The position numbers were made by a program, and so were the translations under genes. Of a DNA stretch of 64,000 nucleotides, positions 1-8,194 are shown in pieces; position 1 is the first letter of the stretch; each line of letters opens with the position of its first letter. The stretch is from an uncultured Candidatus Saccharibacteria bacterium. GTDB lineage: Bacteria; Patescibacteriota; Minisyncoccia; Phycocordibacterales; Zambryskibacteraceae. The notes below the pieces were generated by a model that saw only the letters and a list, made by a program, of their open reading frames with translations, searched no databases and was not told where the DNA came from. The stretch lies in contig CAZOQP010000001.1 of assembly GCA_964582295.1 (NCBI GenBank), positions 148,754 through 212,753 of the forward strand. The letters are read 5' to 3'.

Positions 1-20
1 GCCGAACCAAGTTCGTTCTC

Positions 21-395
21 ATGTTTCTTGCGGTTTCTCTGTCTGGGGCGTGTGCTACCAGTGCAACGTTCCAGATCACGCCGCCCGGACAGGTCGTGGC
101 GGGGATTCTCGGGTCGAGCCAACTTTACGTGGTCAACAATGTAAAGGACGGCTCGGTAGCGTTTGTCGACATCGTCGATCAATGCCGGAAGATCCACGCG
201 CGTCTTACTATCGGCGCAGATGCATCGATAAGCCCCGGAAGCGTTCCGTGTGTGTATCCGCGCGCGGGAGGCCAGTTCATTTTCACGGCGAAGGGGTACA
301 CTGTGCGGGGGAGCGACACGGTCTACGTCGGCCTCAGTACCAGACACTTCTCCTCGGGCTACAGCGAGTCGTGGGAGATAAATAGTCTTCGTTAA
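21..395 (+). CDS. Hypothetical secreted/lipoprotein-like protein (may start before the window)
   Basis: 124-aa ORF with hydrophobic N-terminus ending SLSGAC; followed by a terminator hairpin. Confidence 0.5.
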   Translation: MFLAVSLSGACATSATFQITPPGQVVAGILGSSQLYVVNNVKDGSVAFVDIVDQCRKIHARLTIGADASISPGSVPCVYPRAGGQFIFTAKGYTVRGSDTVYVGLSTRHFSSGYSESWEINSLR

Positions 396-407
396 CCCAC
401 AAGAAGC

Positions 408-452
408 AAAAAGTGCGCGAGTTCCTTCAGGAACTCGCGCACTTTTCTTTTT
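408..452 (+). terminator. Intrinsic terminator
   Basis: aaaagtgcgcgagttcc-ttca-ggaactcgcgcactttt followed by T-tract. Confidence 0.8.
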
Positions 453-499
453 GCTGTTTTTTCCTGGCAGCTTGGAGCTTTTGGCTATAAGCTATTCTC

Positions 500-940
500 A
501 TGCCCGCCTTTCTCTCCCGCACCCCGGAAGATCTTCAGAAAATCGCCTCAATGCTCCTTGAGCGCGCTCTAAAGAATGACTCCTCGGAGGCAGCACTCCT
601 CGCTCTTTCCGGTAACTTGGGTGCAGGTAAAACTACTCTCACCCAAGCCCTTGCCCGTGAGCTTCAGATAAAAGATCCTGTGAAAAGCCCCACTTTTCTT
701 ATAATGGAATCGTACCCGGTGAATTACGGCCGTTTCCACCGCTTCATTCATATTGATGCTTACCGCCTGGAGCACCCAAGCGAGCTTGGGAATCTTGGCT
801 TTATGGATCTCCTGAAAGAGGGCGGCAATCTGATAGTTCTTGAGTGGCCGGAAAAAGTTTTGGAGCTGGTGCCGGAATCGGCGGTGCGCGTATCCCTCAC
901 TTTCATAGATGAAAAAACCCGCGAAATAATATGGCACTGA
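500..940 (+). CDS. tsaE: tRNA threonylcarbamoyladenosine biosynthesis ATPase
   Basis: LSGNLGAGKTT Walker A, VKSPTF, HIDAYRL, LEWPE motifs. Confidence 0.95.
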   Translation: MPAFLSRTPEDLQKIASMLLERALKNDSSEAALLALSGNLGAGKTTLTQALARELQIKDPVKSPTFLIMESYPVNYGRFHRFIHIDAYRLEHPSELGNLGFMDLLKEGGNLIVLEWPEKVLELVPESAVRVSLTFIDEKTREIIWH

Positions 941-3315
941 AAAAGAAAAGAATAGTTCTTCTGGATACGCATGCGATCATCCACCGCGCTTATCACGCTT
1001 TGCCTGAATTCGCCAATTCAAAAGGCGAACCGACAGGAGCACTTTACGGCCTTATCACAATGCTTATGAAGATCGCGGCCGATCTCAAACCCGATTATAT
1101 TTTGGCTGCGACCGATCTGCCGGACAAAACATATCGCCACGAAGCATACGAGGAATACAAAGCTAAGCGGCCGAAAACTGATGATGCTCTTGTTTCGCAG
1201 ATCGCCCGCGCAAAAGATGTTTTAGAAGCTTTGTGCATTCCCGTTTATTCCGAGCCGGGTTTTGAAGCCGACGACATTCTAGGCACCATGGTTGAAAAGT
1301 TGGAAGATGATAAGTCGCTTGAAATAATCATCGCCTCGGGCGACATGGACACTCTTCAGTTGGTGGAAGGGGAAAGAGTGCGGGTTTTCACTTTGAAAAA
1401 GGGCCTCAATGACACCGTGATGTATGACGAAGAAGGGGTTTTGAAACGCTTCGGATTTTTACCAAAACTCCTGCCTGATTACAAAGGGCTTCGGGGAGAC
1501 CCTTCAGACAACATCATAGGTATCGCCGGTATCGGTGAAAAAACCGCGACCACCCTTATCACCACTTTCGGTTCACTCGAATCTATTTATAAAGTGCTTG
1601 GAAAAGGAGAGGAGAAATTTAGGGCGGCAGGATTGTCTGAGCGCATAGTGAAGCTTTTGAAGGAAGGAAAAGAAGAAGCGGAATTCTCTAAATTGCTTGC
1701 AACTATAAGGAAAGATGCGCCGGTTGATATTCAAATTCCTGAAAAGACCTGGAGAGAGACGCTTAACGTGGGGGTGTTACTGGAATTTTTAAGAAAGATT
1801 GAATTCAGAAGTCTCATACCGCGCGTGGAAAAAGCTTTCGGCGTCTCGCCTCTTTTTGCTGAAGAAAATGAAGAGGAAAGCAAAACTATTGCTCCTCCAT
1901 CAAACATTTCTCCTCAGCTTCTCAAAGAAACGGCTCTGGCTTTATGGATAGTAGATTCAAACATCACCAATCCGAAACTTGAAGACATCCTGGCTTTTGC
2001 GAAAACCGGCTCTTTTGAAGTGGCGCGCGAAAAAATATTTCAGGATCTTAAAAAAATAAACGGAACATTTGTTTTTGAAGAAATGGAAAAGCCGCTCATT
2101 CCGATCGTTGACGAAATGCACACTCACGGCATCCTTATTGATAAAAAAGCTCTTGAAAAACTTTCAGCGGAATATGGGAAAGAAATAAAAGCTCTGGAAA
2201 AAAGAATAATCGCTCTTGCCGGAGAAACATTTAATGTAGCTTCACCCAAACAGCTCGGTATCATTCTTTTTGAAAAGCTCAAGCTGACGCTTCCCCGCAT
2301 CAAAAAAACAGCTACGGGGGCATACAATACCCGCGAGGAGGAGCTGGCGAAACTCGCCGATCAGCATGAAATAATCCCCCTCATACTTGAATACCGCGGG
2401 CTTCAGAAGCTTGTTTCCACATACATTGATGCTATACCGCCTCTTCTTGATAAAGACAATCGCCTGCATGCCACTTTTCTTCAGGCAGGCACCACCACTG
2501 GCCGCATGTCTTCCCAAAATCCTAATCTCCAGAATATTCCTATCAAAAGCGAGCAGGGCAGGCGTATCAGGGAGGCCTTTATTGCCGGAAAGGGGATGAA
2601 ATTACTTTCCTTTGATTACTCGCAAATAGAGCTTCGCATCGCGGCTTTCCTTTCAAAAGATGAGATATTAATGGATGCTTTCCGCCGGGGGGAAGATATT
2701 CATAAAGCCGTTGCGAGCGCGGTCTTTGAAGTGCCACCCGAAAAAGTGGACAAAGAAATGCGCCGCAAGGCCAAGGTCATAAACTTCGGCATTCTTTACG
2801 GCATGGGGGTAAACGCTTTGAAAGCTAATCTCGGCACTTCGCGCGCCGATGCAGAGAAATTTTACAACGAATATTTCGGTAAATTCACAGGTCTTGCGGA
2901 ATATATAGAAAATGCGAAGAAAGAAGCTGCACGCAAAGGTTACACGGAAACTTTGTATGGCAGAAGGCGCAATTTTGAAGGCTTGCGCTCTAAGCTCCCC
3001 TATATTCGTGCAGCTGCCGAACGTATGGCGGTGAATGCGCCTATCCAGGGAACACAATCAGACATTATGAAGCTCGCAATGGTCAGGGTGAACGAGTTTT
3101 TGAAAAAAGAAAAGCTGTCAGACAAAGTGCATTTAATGCTTCAAATACACGATGATCTTGTATTTGAAGCTGATGAAAAGGTGATAGCCGAAGTTGCGCC
3201 TAAAATACGTTCAATAATGGAAAACATAGTTCCTGAAGAAAAACGAGGGAGTGTCCCCATTCCTGTGAATGCATATGAAGGGAAGCATTGGGATGGGATG
3301 GAAGAAATCAAATGA
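931..3315 (+). CDS. polA: DNA polymerase I (5'-3' exonuclease plus polymerase; 3'-5' exo domain largely absent)
   Basis: EADDILGT, GDPSDNIIGI, DYSQIELR, KVINFGILYG, QIHDDL motifs. Confidence 0.97.
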   Translation: MALKKKRIVLLDTHAIIHRAYHALPEFANSKGEPTGALYGLITMLMKIAADLKPDYILAATDLPDKTYRHEAYEEYKAKRPKTDDALVSQIARAKDVLEALCIPVYSEPGFEADDILGTMVEKLEDDKSLEIIIASGDMDTLQLVEGERVRVFTLKKGLNDTVMYDEEGVLKRFGFLPKLLPDYKGLRGDPSDNIIGIAGIGEKTATTLITTFGSLESIYKVLGKGEEKFRAAGLSERIVKLLKEGKEEAEFSKLLATIRKDAPVDIQIPEKTWRETLNVGVLLEFLRKIEFRSLIPRVEKAFGVSPLFAEENEEESKTIAPPSNISPQLLKETALALWIVDSNITNPKLEDILAFAKTGSFEVAREKIFQDLKKINGTFVFEEMEKPLIPIVDEMHTHGILIDKKALEKLSAEYGKEIKALEKRIIALAGETFNVASPKQLGIILFEKLKLTLPRIKKTATGAYNTREEELAKLADQHEIIPLILEYRGLQKLVSTYIDAIPPLLDKDNRLHATFLQAGTTTGRMSSQNPNLQNIPIKSEQGRRIREAFIAGKGMKLLSFDYSQIELRIAAFLSKDEILMDAFRRGEDIHKAVASAVFEVPPEKVDKEMRRKAKVINFGILYGMGVNALKANLGTSRADAEKFYNEYFGKFTGLAEYIENAKKEAARKGYTETLYGRRRNFEGLRSKLPYIRAAAERMAVNAPIQGTQSDIMKLAMVRVNEFLKKEKLSDKVHLMLQIHDDLVFEADEKVIAEVAPKIRSIMENIVPEEKRGSVPIPVNAYEGKHWDGMEEIK

Positions 3316-4007
3316 TAATCATTTCTTACGGACATACGCGGGGCGAAGTGAGGAAACTTCTGGAAGGAAAAAAACTTCTGAATGTTTCAAATGAAATAAG
3401 GAATATAGACGCCGCTTCATGGGCTCCGGAATCAGTTGATGAAGTAGTAGCTTCGCAAGGACTTTTTTCTTCAGGCGAGGTGTTTTTTGTTGAGCGCGTT
3501 CTTTCGGAGATAGAACCGGCAGAGATAAAAGAAAGAGTAAAAGAGCTTGAAGACTCTCCCAATGTAATAGTTTTCATAGAAGGTGCGCCTCTCAAATCTT
3601 ATGCATTTTTGGAAAAACATTCAGCGCATGTTTTCAAAGCGCCCAAGAAGACCGAGGAGAAAACTTTCAATATTTTTTCTCTTACCGACGCCTTGTTTGA
3701 AAAAGACAGAAAAAAATTGTGGATCTTGTATGAACGCGCGCTGGGGGATATGGCCGATCCTGAAGAAGAAGTGCACCGCATTCTTTTCTGGGGCGTGAAG
3801 ATGCTTGCTCTTGCGAGGGAATATCCGTCGGCAGAAAGTGCCGGCATGAGCCCCTTCGTATACGGAAAAGCTAAAAAAGGTGTCGCTAAATATAAAGAAG
3901 GGGAATTGGAAAAAGTGGCACAGGACCTTACGGAAATGGTCGTGCGTGCCCGCCAAGGAGGCGAAGAATGGGAAATCCTTCTGGAGCAGTTTATTTTGAA
4001 AATTTGA
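3312..4007 (+). CDS. Probable DNA polymerase III delta subunit-like protein (short)
   Basis: ATGA overlap with polA; SQGLFS, FNIFSLTDAL and PFVYGKAK resemble HolA. Confidence 0.6.
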   Translation: MIIISYGHTRGEVRKLLEGKKLLNVSNEIRNIDAASWAPESVDEVVASQGLFSSGEVFFVERVLSEIEPAEIKERVKELEDSPNVIVFIEGAPLKSYAFLEKHSAHVFKAPKKTEEKTFNIFSLTDALFEKDRKKLWILYERALGDMADPEEEVHRILFWGVKMLALAREYPSAESAGMSPFVYGKAKKGVAKYKEGELEKVAQDLTEMVVRARQGGEEWEILLEQFILKI

Positions 4008-4014
4008 TAAGACG

Positions 4015-4038
4015 AAAGGCCGACAATTGTCGGCCTTT
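4015..4038. terminator. Palindrome between convergent genes (probable bidirectional terminator)
   Basis: aaaggccgacaattgtcggccttt perfect palindrome. Confidence 0.6.
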
Positions 4039-4046
4039 GTGCGCCT

Positions 4047-4520
4047 TTAGCCCAAAGCGAGATGGATTTGCCCGTCGCGATCTGGAGCCAGTCCAACCGC
4101 CACCAGATCATTGAAGGCCGTAGGTTCAAGACGAATCCGCTTGATCGGTTCTTCGCACTGCAGAACCAAAGCAAGTATTCTTTGGCAGATCATGTTGAAG
4201 ATCCTCTCTTCTTCTCCTGGTATGGCGACCTCGTAGATTGTGAGTGGTCTTCCGTACAAATAGCCATTAATCGTTCTGTTGGTTGCGAAGAGCACATCTT
4301 CCAGGCTCCTCGGAATCTCTCCACGGGTCTGCCCGTTAGTAAAATTGAATTGGAACGAGAGTCCGGTCTTCTTGTCAGTCATCACTCCACTCCCTCGCCA
4401 CTGCCGATAGGTATGCGTGTAATCGTAGTAGTGGTCACTTGTTCCTGACACGTCCCATGAATGGATTGAACCTTCGAGGTACAACTCGTAATCCTCATTT
4501 TCTTGATGAAATGTCTGCAC
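4047..4520 (-). CDS. Hypothetical protein
   Basis: 157-aa ORF, GTG start with GGAGG Shine-Dalgarno upstream. Confidence 0.6.
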   Translation of the reverse strand: MQTFHQENEDYELYLEGSIHSWDVSGTSDHYYDYTHTYRQWRGSGVMTDKKTGLSFQFNFTNGQTRGEIPRSLEDVLFATNRTINGYLYGRPLTIYEVAIPGEEERIFNMICQRILALVLQCEEPIKRIRLEPTAFNDLVAVGLAPDRDGQIHLALG

Positions 4521-4594
4521 AGGACTGTCCTCCCTTTGGTTTTTAGAAATGAACTATCCCTGATGATTATATCAAAAATACCGTATAAATGTCT

Positions 4595-4609
4595 GTGCTC
4601 CCGAGAGGA
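4595..4609 (+). repeat. att-like 15-bp direct repeat of the tRNA-Arg(CCG) 3' end
   Basis: gtgctcccgagagga identical at 4595-4609 and 5230-5244. Confidence 0.7.
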
Positions 4610-4676
4610 GTAGGTCACAAGTTTAGTTTGTAGCATACTCAATTTATGAAAATTACAATAGTTTTACAAAAAACGA

Positions 4677-4711
4677 GAGCCCCTTGTAGAAGTGAATTCT
4701 ACAAGGGGCTC
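4677..4711 (-). terminator. Terminator hairpin
   Basis: gagccccttgtagaa-gtgaa-ttctacaaggggctc downstream of the 4730-5002 gene. Confidence 0.7.
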
Positions 4712-4729
4712 GTGGTGACGGATTGTCCG

Positions 4730-5002
4730 TCACATGAACAGTTGAACAACCCAGCCGACAGCGATGAATATCATTGGATTGAGGACTCCGGAAGCGAACA
4801 TTTCCTTTTTCTCGTCCTCGTCCCGAGGAATGTGCTGTAGTGTCAGTAAACCGACGGTGATCCCAATGCCAATAGCCTGTACCAGCGAGATTACTGGAAG
4901 GCCGAGCGTAGGGACCATGAACCACCCCCACAACAGCTTCAGTGCCACACCGTTAAGTAAGGCCGACACGATCATCAAGCCAAACAAGCCGAGAGCGACC
5001 AT
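4730..5002 (-). CDS. Small membrane protein
   Basis: Three hydrophobic segments, LLWGWFMVP..GLP..S..QAIG pattern; GAGGAGG before ATG. Confidence 0.7.
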   Translation of the reverse strand: MVALGLFGLMIVSALLNGVALKLLWGWFMVPTLGLPVISLVQAIGIGITVGLLTLQHIPRDEDEKKEMFASGVLNPMIFIAVGWVVQLFM

Positions 5003-5187
5003 CTTGCACCTCCTCAAGGTACTGTGTTTTCTACGGCACAATTACCGCAGAGATTATCGGTTTTTCAGGATTTCGATAATATAGCAAGTATAGCATATTA
5101 TGGTCTGGAAGTCAAGATAAACAAAAAATCAGCATTTCTGCTGTTTTTACCTCAAATCTGCAGTGTGCGCGCTTCGGGAGCGTTCAG

Positions 5188-5228
5188 ATAATATTCATCG
5201 GCAGAATAAATCTGCCGATGAATATTAT
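5188..5228. terminator. 18-bp inverted repeat just 3' of tRNA-Arg(CCG)
   Basis: ataatattcatcggcaga-ataaa-tctgccgatgaatattat. Confidence 0.55.
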
Positions 5229-5230
5229 AG

Positions 5231-5302
5231 TGCTCCCGAGAGGAATTGAACCTCTATTACAAGCTTCGGAAGCTTGCGTCCTATCCTTTGAACGACGGAA
5301 GC
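5231..5302 (-). tRNA. tRNA-Arg(CCG)
   Basis: Cloverleaf; anticodon arm caagc-ttCCGaa-gcttg; T-loop TTCAATT. Confidence 0.93.
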
Positions 5303-5312
5303 GGATTGAATG

Positions 5313-5383
5313 TGCCCCCACTAGGAATCGGACCTAGATCAATTGCTTAAAAGGCAACTGCTCTACCATTGAGCTATGAGGGC
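5313..5383 (-). tRNA. tRNA-Lys(TTT)
   Basis: Cloverleaf; ttgc-ctTTTaa-gcaa; T-loop TCCGATT (non-canonical C55). Confidence 0.88.
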
Positions 5384-5613
5384 AAAATCTTTTCAAGAAA
5401 CCTTCTCCCCGCTGCTGTTTTAAAGTATTTTTCTCTGTTGCGGGCAGTGTCAAAAGTATCATATTCCTCTTTATATACAACCTTCCACTCCCTCCCGTTT
5501 CTTGTAGAGCGGGTATGTCCACCCTGATGCTCTTTAAGTCTTCTTACGATGTTATTACTAACTCCTTTGTAAAGTTTTCCGTCGCGATTTTTGATTACAT
5601 ATACGGTGTACAT
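5374..5613 (-). CDS. GIY-YIG nuclease (short, standalone)
   Basis: YTVYVI...LYKG..N...RRL.EH..G...T....W..VY.E.......A..RE..FK family pattern. Confidence 0.9.
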   Translation of the reverse strand: MYTVYVIKNRDGKLYKGVSNNIVRRLKEHQGGHTRSTRNGREWKVVYKEEYDTFDTARNREKYFKTAAGRRFLEKILPS

Positions 5614-5634
5614 TTAGAAGATCTACCATTGAGC

Positions 5635-5662
5635 CCCGCCTGAATGACTTCAGTCGGGCAGG
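5635..5662 (-). repeat. CCTGCCC...GGCGGG hairpin insertion (28-nt variant)
   Basis: cctgcccgactgaagtcattcaggcggg splits the tRNA duplicate at A^G. Confidence 0.75.
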
Positions 5663-5714
5663 TATGAGGGCGTGCGCTCCAGCTTATAGCTTGAAGCGTA
5701 AAGCTTCAAGGTGT

Positions 5715-6119
5715 TTAAAGCGGCAGGTCAAAGGCCAGGAAGCCGGCACCTGTCAGGAGGAGGGAAATAAGAATGGCGATAATGAGGGTGTAAAAAGTGA
5801 TGTCCCGGGACACGAGCACATCTTCTTTGTATTCCACCAGCCACTCTTTTGCTGTAAGCAGAAGAAGACCTAAGGCGGCGTACTGTGTGAAAAGACCGAG
5901 GATTAAAAGAACGCCGCCGATTATTTCTGCCAGACCGAGCGCCATCGTCCATTCTCTGGCAGGAGCGAAACGGATAGCCCGCATGAATATCATCCATCTT
6001 TCGCGCTCTCGGGTGAGCTTCAAATATCCGGTATTCAGAAATATAAAACCTACCACCAGGCGGAGAAGCAGGGGTGTCAGAAGGCCAAAAGACAGCAGTT
6101 CGGGAAAAGGATTAAGCAT
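5715..6119 (-). CDS. DoxX family membrane protein
   Basis: LLLRLVVGFIF..GYLKL; EIIGGVLLILGLFTQ; GAG..AFD. Confidence 0.85.
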   Translation of the reverse strand: MLNPFPELLSFGLLTPLLLRLVVGFIFLNTGYLKLTRERERWMIFMRAIRFAPAREWTMALGLAEIIGGVLLILGLFTQYAALGLLLLTAKEWLVEYKEDVLVSRDITFYTLIIAILISLLLTGAGFLAFDLPL

Positions 6120-6140
6120 TGGTGTATTCTAACATGCACT

Positions 6141-6638
6141 ATGAAACTGGCAGTAATTTTGCTCGATATCAGGAGCTCCGAGAATGCAGGAGCCATTTGC
6201 CGCACGGCTGAATGCGCCGGATTTGCCGAAATGTATTGTGTTGGCACCACGCCTGGTCCCAAAGATCGTTTCGGAAGGGAGAACAAAGCTTTTACAAAAG
6301 CATCTCTCGGTGCTGAGAAAAATATTTTGGTGGAGCACTTCAAAGATTTTTATCCGCTTCTAAAAAAACTCAAAAAACCTGCCCGCCCTGGCGGGCGTTC
6401 GGGCGGGGAGAAGTTCACTGTTGTTGCTCTTGAGCAAAGTAAGAAGGCAATTGATTACAGAAAATTAAAAGTTAAGGGGAATACGGCCGTGATACTCGGC
6501 AACGAAGTTTCAGGCATTCCCGCCGCAGTTCTTTCAAAGGCGGATTATATTGCCCAAATACCTTTGAAAGGTAAAAAGGAATCTCTTAATGTTTCAGTTG
6601 CATTCGGTATTGCCGCTTTTTCTTTGAACGACCGCTAG
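6141..6638 (+). CDS. SpoU/TrmH family RNA methyltransferase
   Basis: DIRSSENAGAICRTA, ILGNEVSGI, IPLKGKKESLNVSVAFGI. Confidence 0.92.
   Translation: MKLAVILLDIRSSENAGAICRTAECAGFAEMYCVGTTPGPKDRFGRENKAFTKASLGAEKNILVEHFKDFYPLLKKLKKPARPGGRSGGEKFTVVALEQSKKAIDYRKLKVKGNTAVILGNEVSGIPAAVLSKADYIAQIPLKGKKESLNVSVAFGIAAFSLNDR
6378..6407 (+). repeat. In-frame 30-nt hairpin insertion (PARPGGRSGG)
   Basis: Identical to the reverse complement of 7608-7637. Confidence 0.9.
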
Positions 6639-7204
6639 TCCTTTTTATTATCTTCCGTGATATCTGAAAAACGGTCTCGGGCGAATCGCATACCCACGAT
6701 GTTCACCGCCACAAAAAGAAGAGCGAATACTATGAAGCCGATCTTTATATCTGCCACATGATTTTCAAGTATGGAGAGTGAGCCGACGCTTCGTGCAAGA
6801 AGGAACACAATGATCGCCCACAAGCATGAGCCGAGGAGACTGGCGGCTGCCGCTTTAGGCCAAGGCATTTTGAACATTCCTGCGGCGAGCTGGCTTACCA
6901 TGCCGGTGCCATGAATGAACTTGGACCAAAAAATTATCTTGAATTCGTGCCGTTTGATAGCCCGACCTATTTTATGTAAACGCTCAGGGTCTTTACTTAC
7001 AATCCATAGTTTCTCTACACGTTTTTCTCCCAAGAATCGGGCGGTGAAGAACCAGATAGCATCTGTAATAACGATACCCAGTGTTGATGCGGAAAATATC
7101 CACGGAAGTGATGCTTGTCCGTGGACGCCCAGGTACATTATCGGGATAAGCGCTCCGCTTCCCATAAAACAAATAGTTGCGATGATGATTAGGGGTGAGA
7201 GCAT
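6635..7204 (-). CDS. DedA/VTT family membrane protein
   Basis: G..TD.IWF...RFLG and SKFIHG....AAG..KMP motifs. Confidence 0.75.
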   Translation of the reverse strand: MLSPLIIIATICFMGSGALIPIMYLGVHGQASLPWIFSASTLGIVITDAIWFFTARFLGEKRVEKLWIVSKDPERLHKIGRAIKRHEFKIIFWSKFIHGTGMVSQLAAGMFKMPWPKAAAASLLGSCLWAIIVFLLARSVGSLSILENHVADIKIGFIVFALLFVAVNIVGMRFARDRFSDITEDNKKD

Positions 7205-7229
7205 ATGTTTATAAGCTCATTTTATCCCA

Positions 7230-8168
7230 CTAACTGTATTTTTTCTGGTGAGCGGGACAGAAGTGTCCGCTCCGTTGTCCGAAAAGGCCGCGGGTGATCG
7301 TACCGAAGCATAGACGCTTAGAGCACCGGCTTCCTGTCTTCTGATAAGCATTATGTTTTTCCTGGAATTTCCCGCGTTCGCCTTTTATATTCCTGTAATC
7401 GGACATTGAGTCTCCACCGAAATCTATCCCCGCACGCAGAACTTTTTTCATGGCAGCGTAGAGATTTTTAAGCGCGAGGAGGGGGATGCGGGAGGGGATG
7501 GAGCTTGGGTGAATAGAAGAGAGCCACAGCATCTCATCTGAATAAATATTTCCAACTCCTGCAATGAGTTCCTGGTCCATAAGTGCCTGCTTTATGGGAC
7601 GCGTTTCCCCGCCCGAACGCCCGCCAGGGCGGGCAGGTTTTTTGATTATTTCCGAGAATTTTTGGAAAGAAATCTCCAGCGCATCTGGCCCCAGGTGGGC
7701 AAGCTCCTTATCTTCTCCGAATTCTCCCGTATCAATAAGAGTTACTGTTGCGAATTTGCGCATATCCGAGAAAGCCAGGTGTTTTCCGCCAGATAGAATG
7801 AACACAAGATGAAGAAAGCGATTGAAAGGATCGGCGAGAGGCCCTTTTTCCATTGGCGCCCATGTATTTTCGGATCTTTTGAATTTGAATTTTCCGAAAA
7901 GCAGATGCCCTGTCATTTTCATATGTATGAGGATGGTTTTCTTGCCTGCCAATTCCACTAGAATGTTCTTGCCTCGGCGTCTGGCACGAAGAATTTTTTG
8001 GCCGGATATTTCTTTTTTGAATTTTTTGAAAAAGAGGGGATTTTTTACATTGTCTTTGCCTATATAAAACGGGCTGTTGTAATCTGTCCAGACATCCAAT
8101 ATCCGCCGACCCTTAACGGTTTCGTTTAGTCCATCCACGGTCGTCTGCACTTCAGGAAGTTCGGGCAT
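7230..8168 (-). CDS. mutM: Formamidopyrimidine-DNA glycosylase
   Basis: N-terminal PELPEV, HMKMTG, D.RKF, GVGNIYSDE, C-terminal zinc finger. Confidence 0.95.
   Translation of the reverse strand: MPELPEVQTTVDGLNETVKGRRILDVWTDYNSPFYIGKDNVKNPLFFKKFKKEISGQKILRARRRGKNILVELAGKKTILIHMKMTGHLLFGKFKFKRSENTWAPMEKGPLADPFNRFLHLVFILSGGKHLAFSDMRKFATVTLIDTGEFGEDKELAHLGPDALEISFQKFSEIIKKPARPGGRSGGETRPIKQALMDQELIAGVGNIYSDEMLWLSSIHPSSIPSRIPLLALKNLYAAMKKVLRAGIDFGGDSMSDYRNIKGERGKFQEKHNAYQKTGSRCSKRLCFGTITRGLFGQRSGHFCPAHQKKYS
7608..7637 (-). repeat. In-frame 30-nt hairpin insertion (PARPGGRSGG)
   Basis: Identical to 6378-6407. Confidence 0.9.
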
Positions 8169-8194
8169 TTTTGGGGTCTTTAAATTGGCCTACG

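Larger units (their letters stand above)
5362..5671 (-). mobile_element. Minimal GIY-YIG insertion at the tRNA-Lys 5' end with a 22-bp duplication
   Basis: tRNA nt 1-22 (5362-5383) repeated at 5622-5671, interrupted by a 28-bp hairpin at 5635-5662. Confidence 0.75.
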
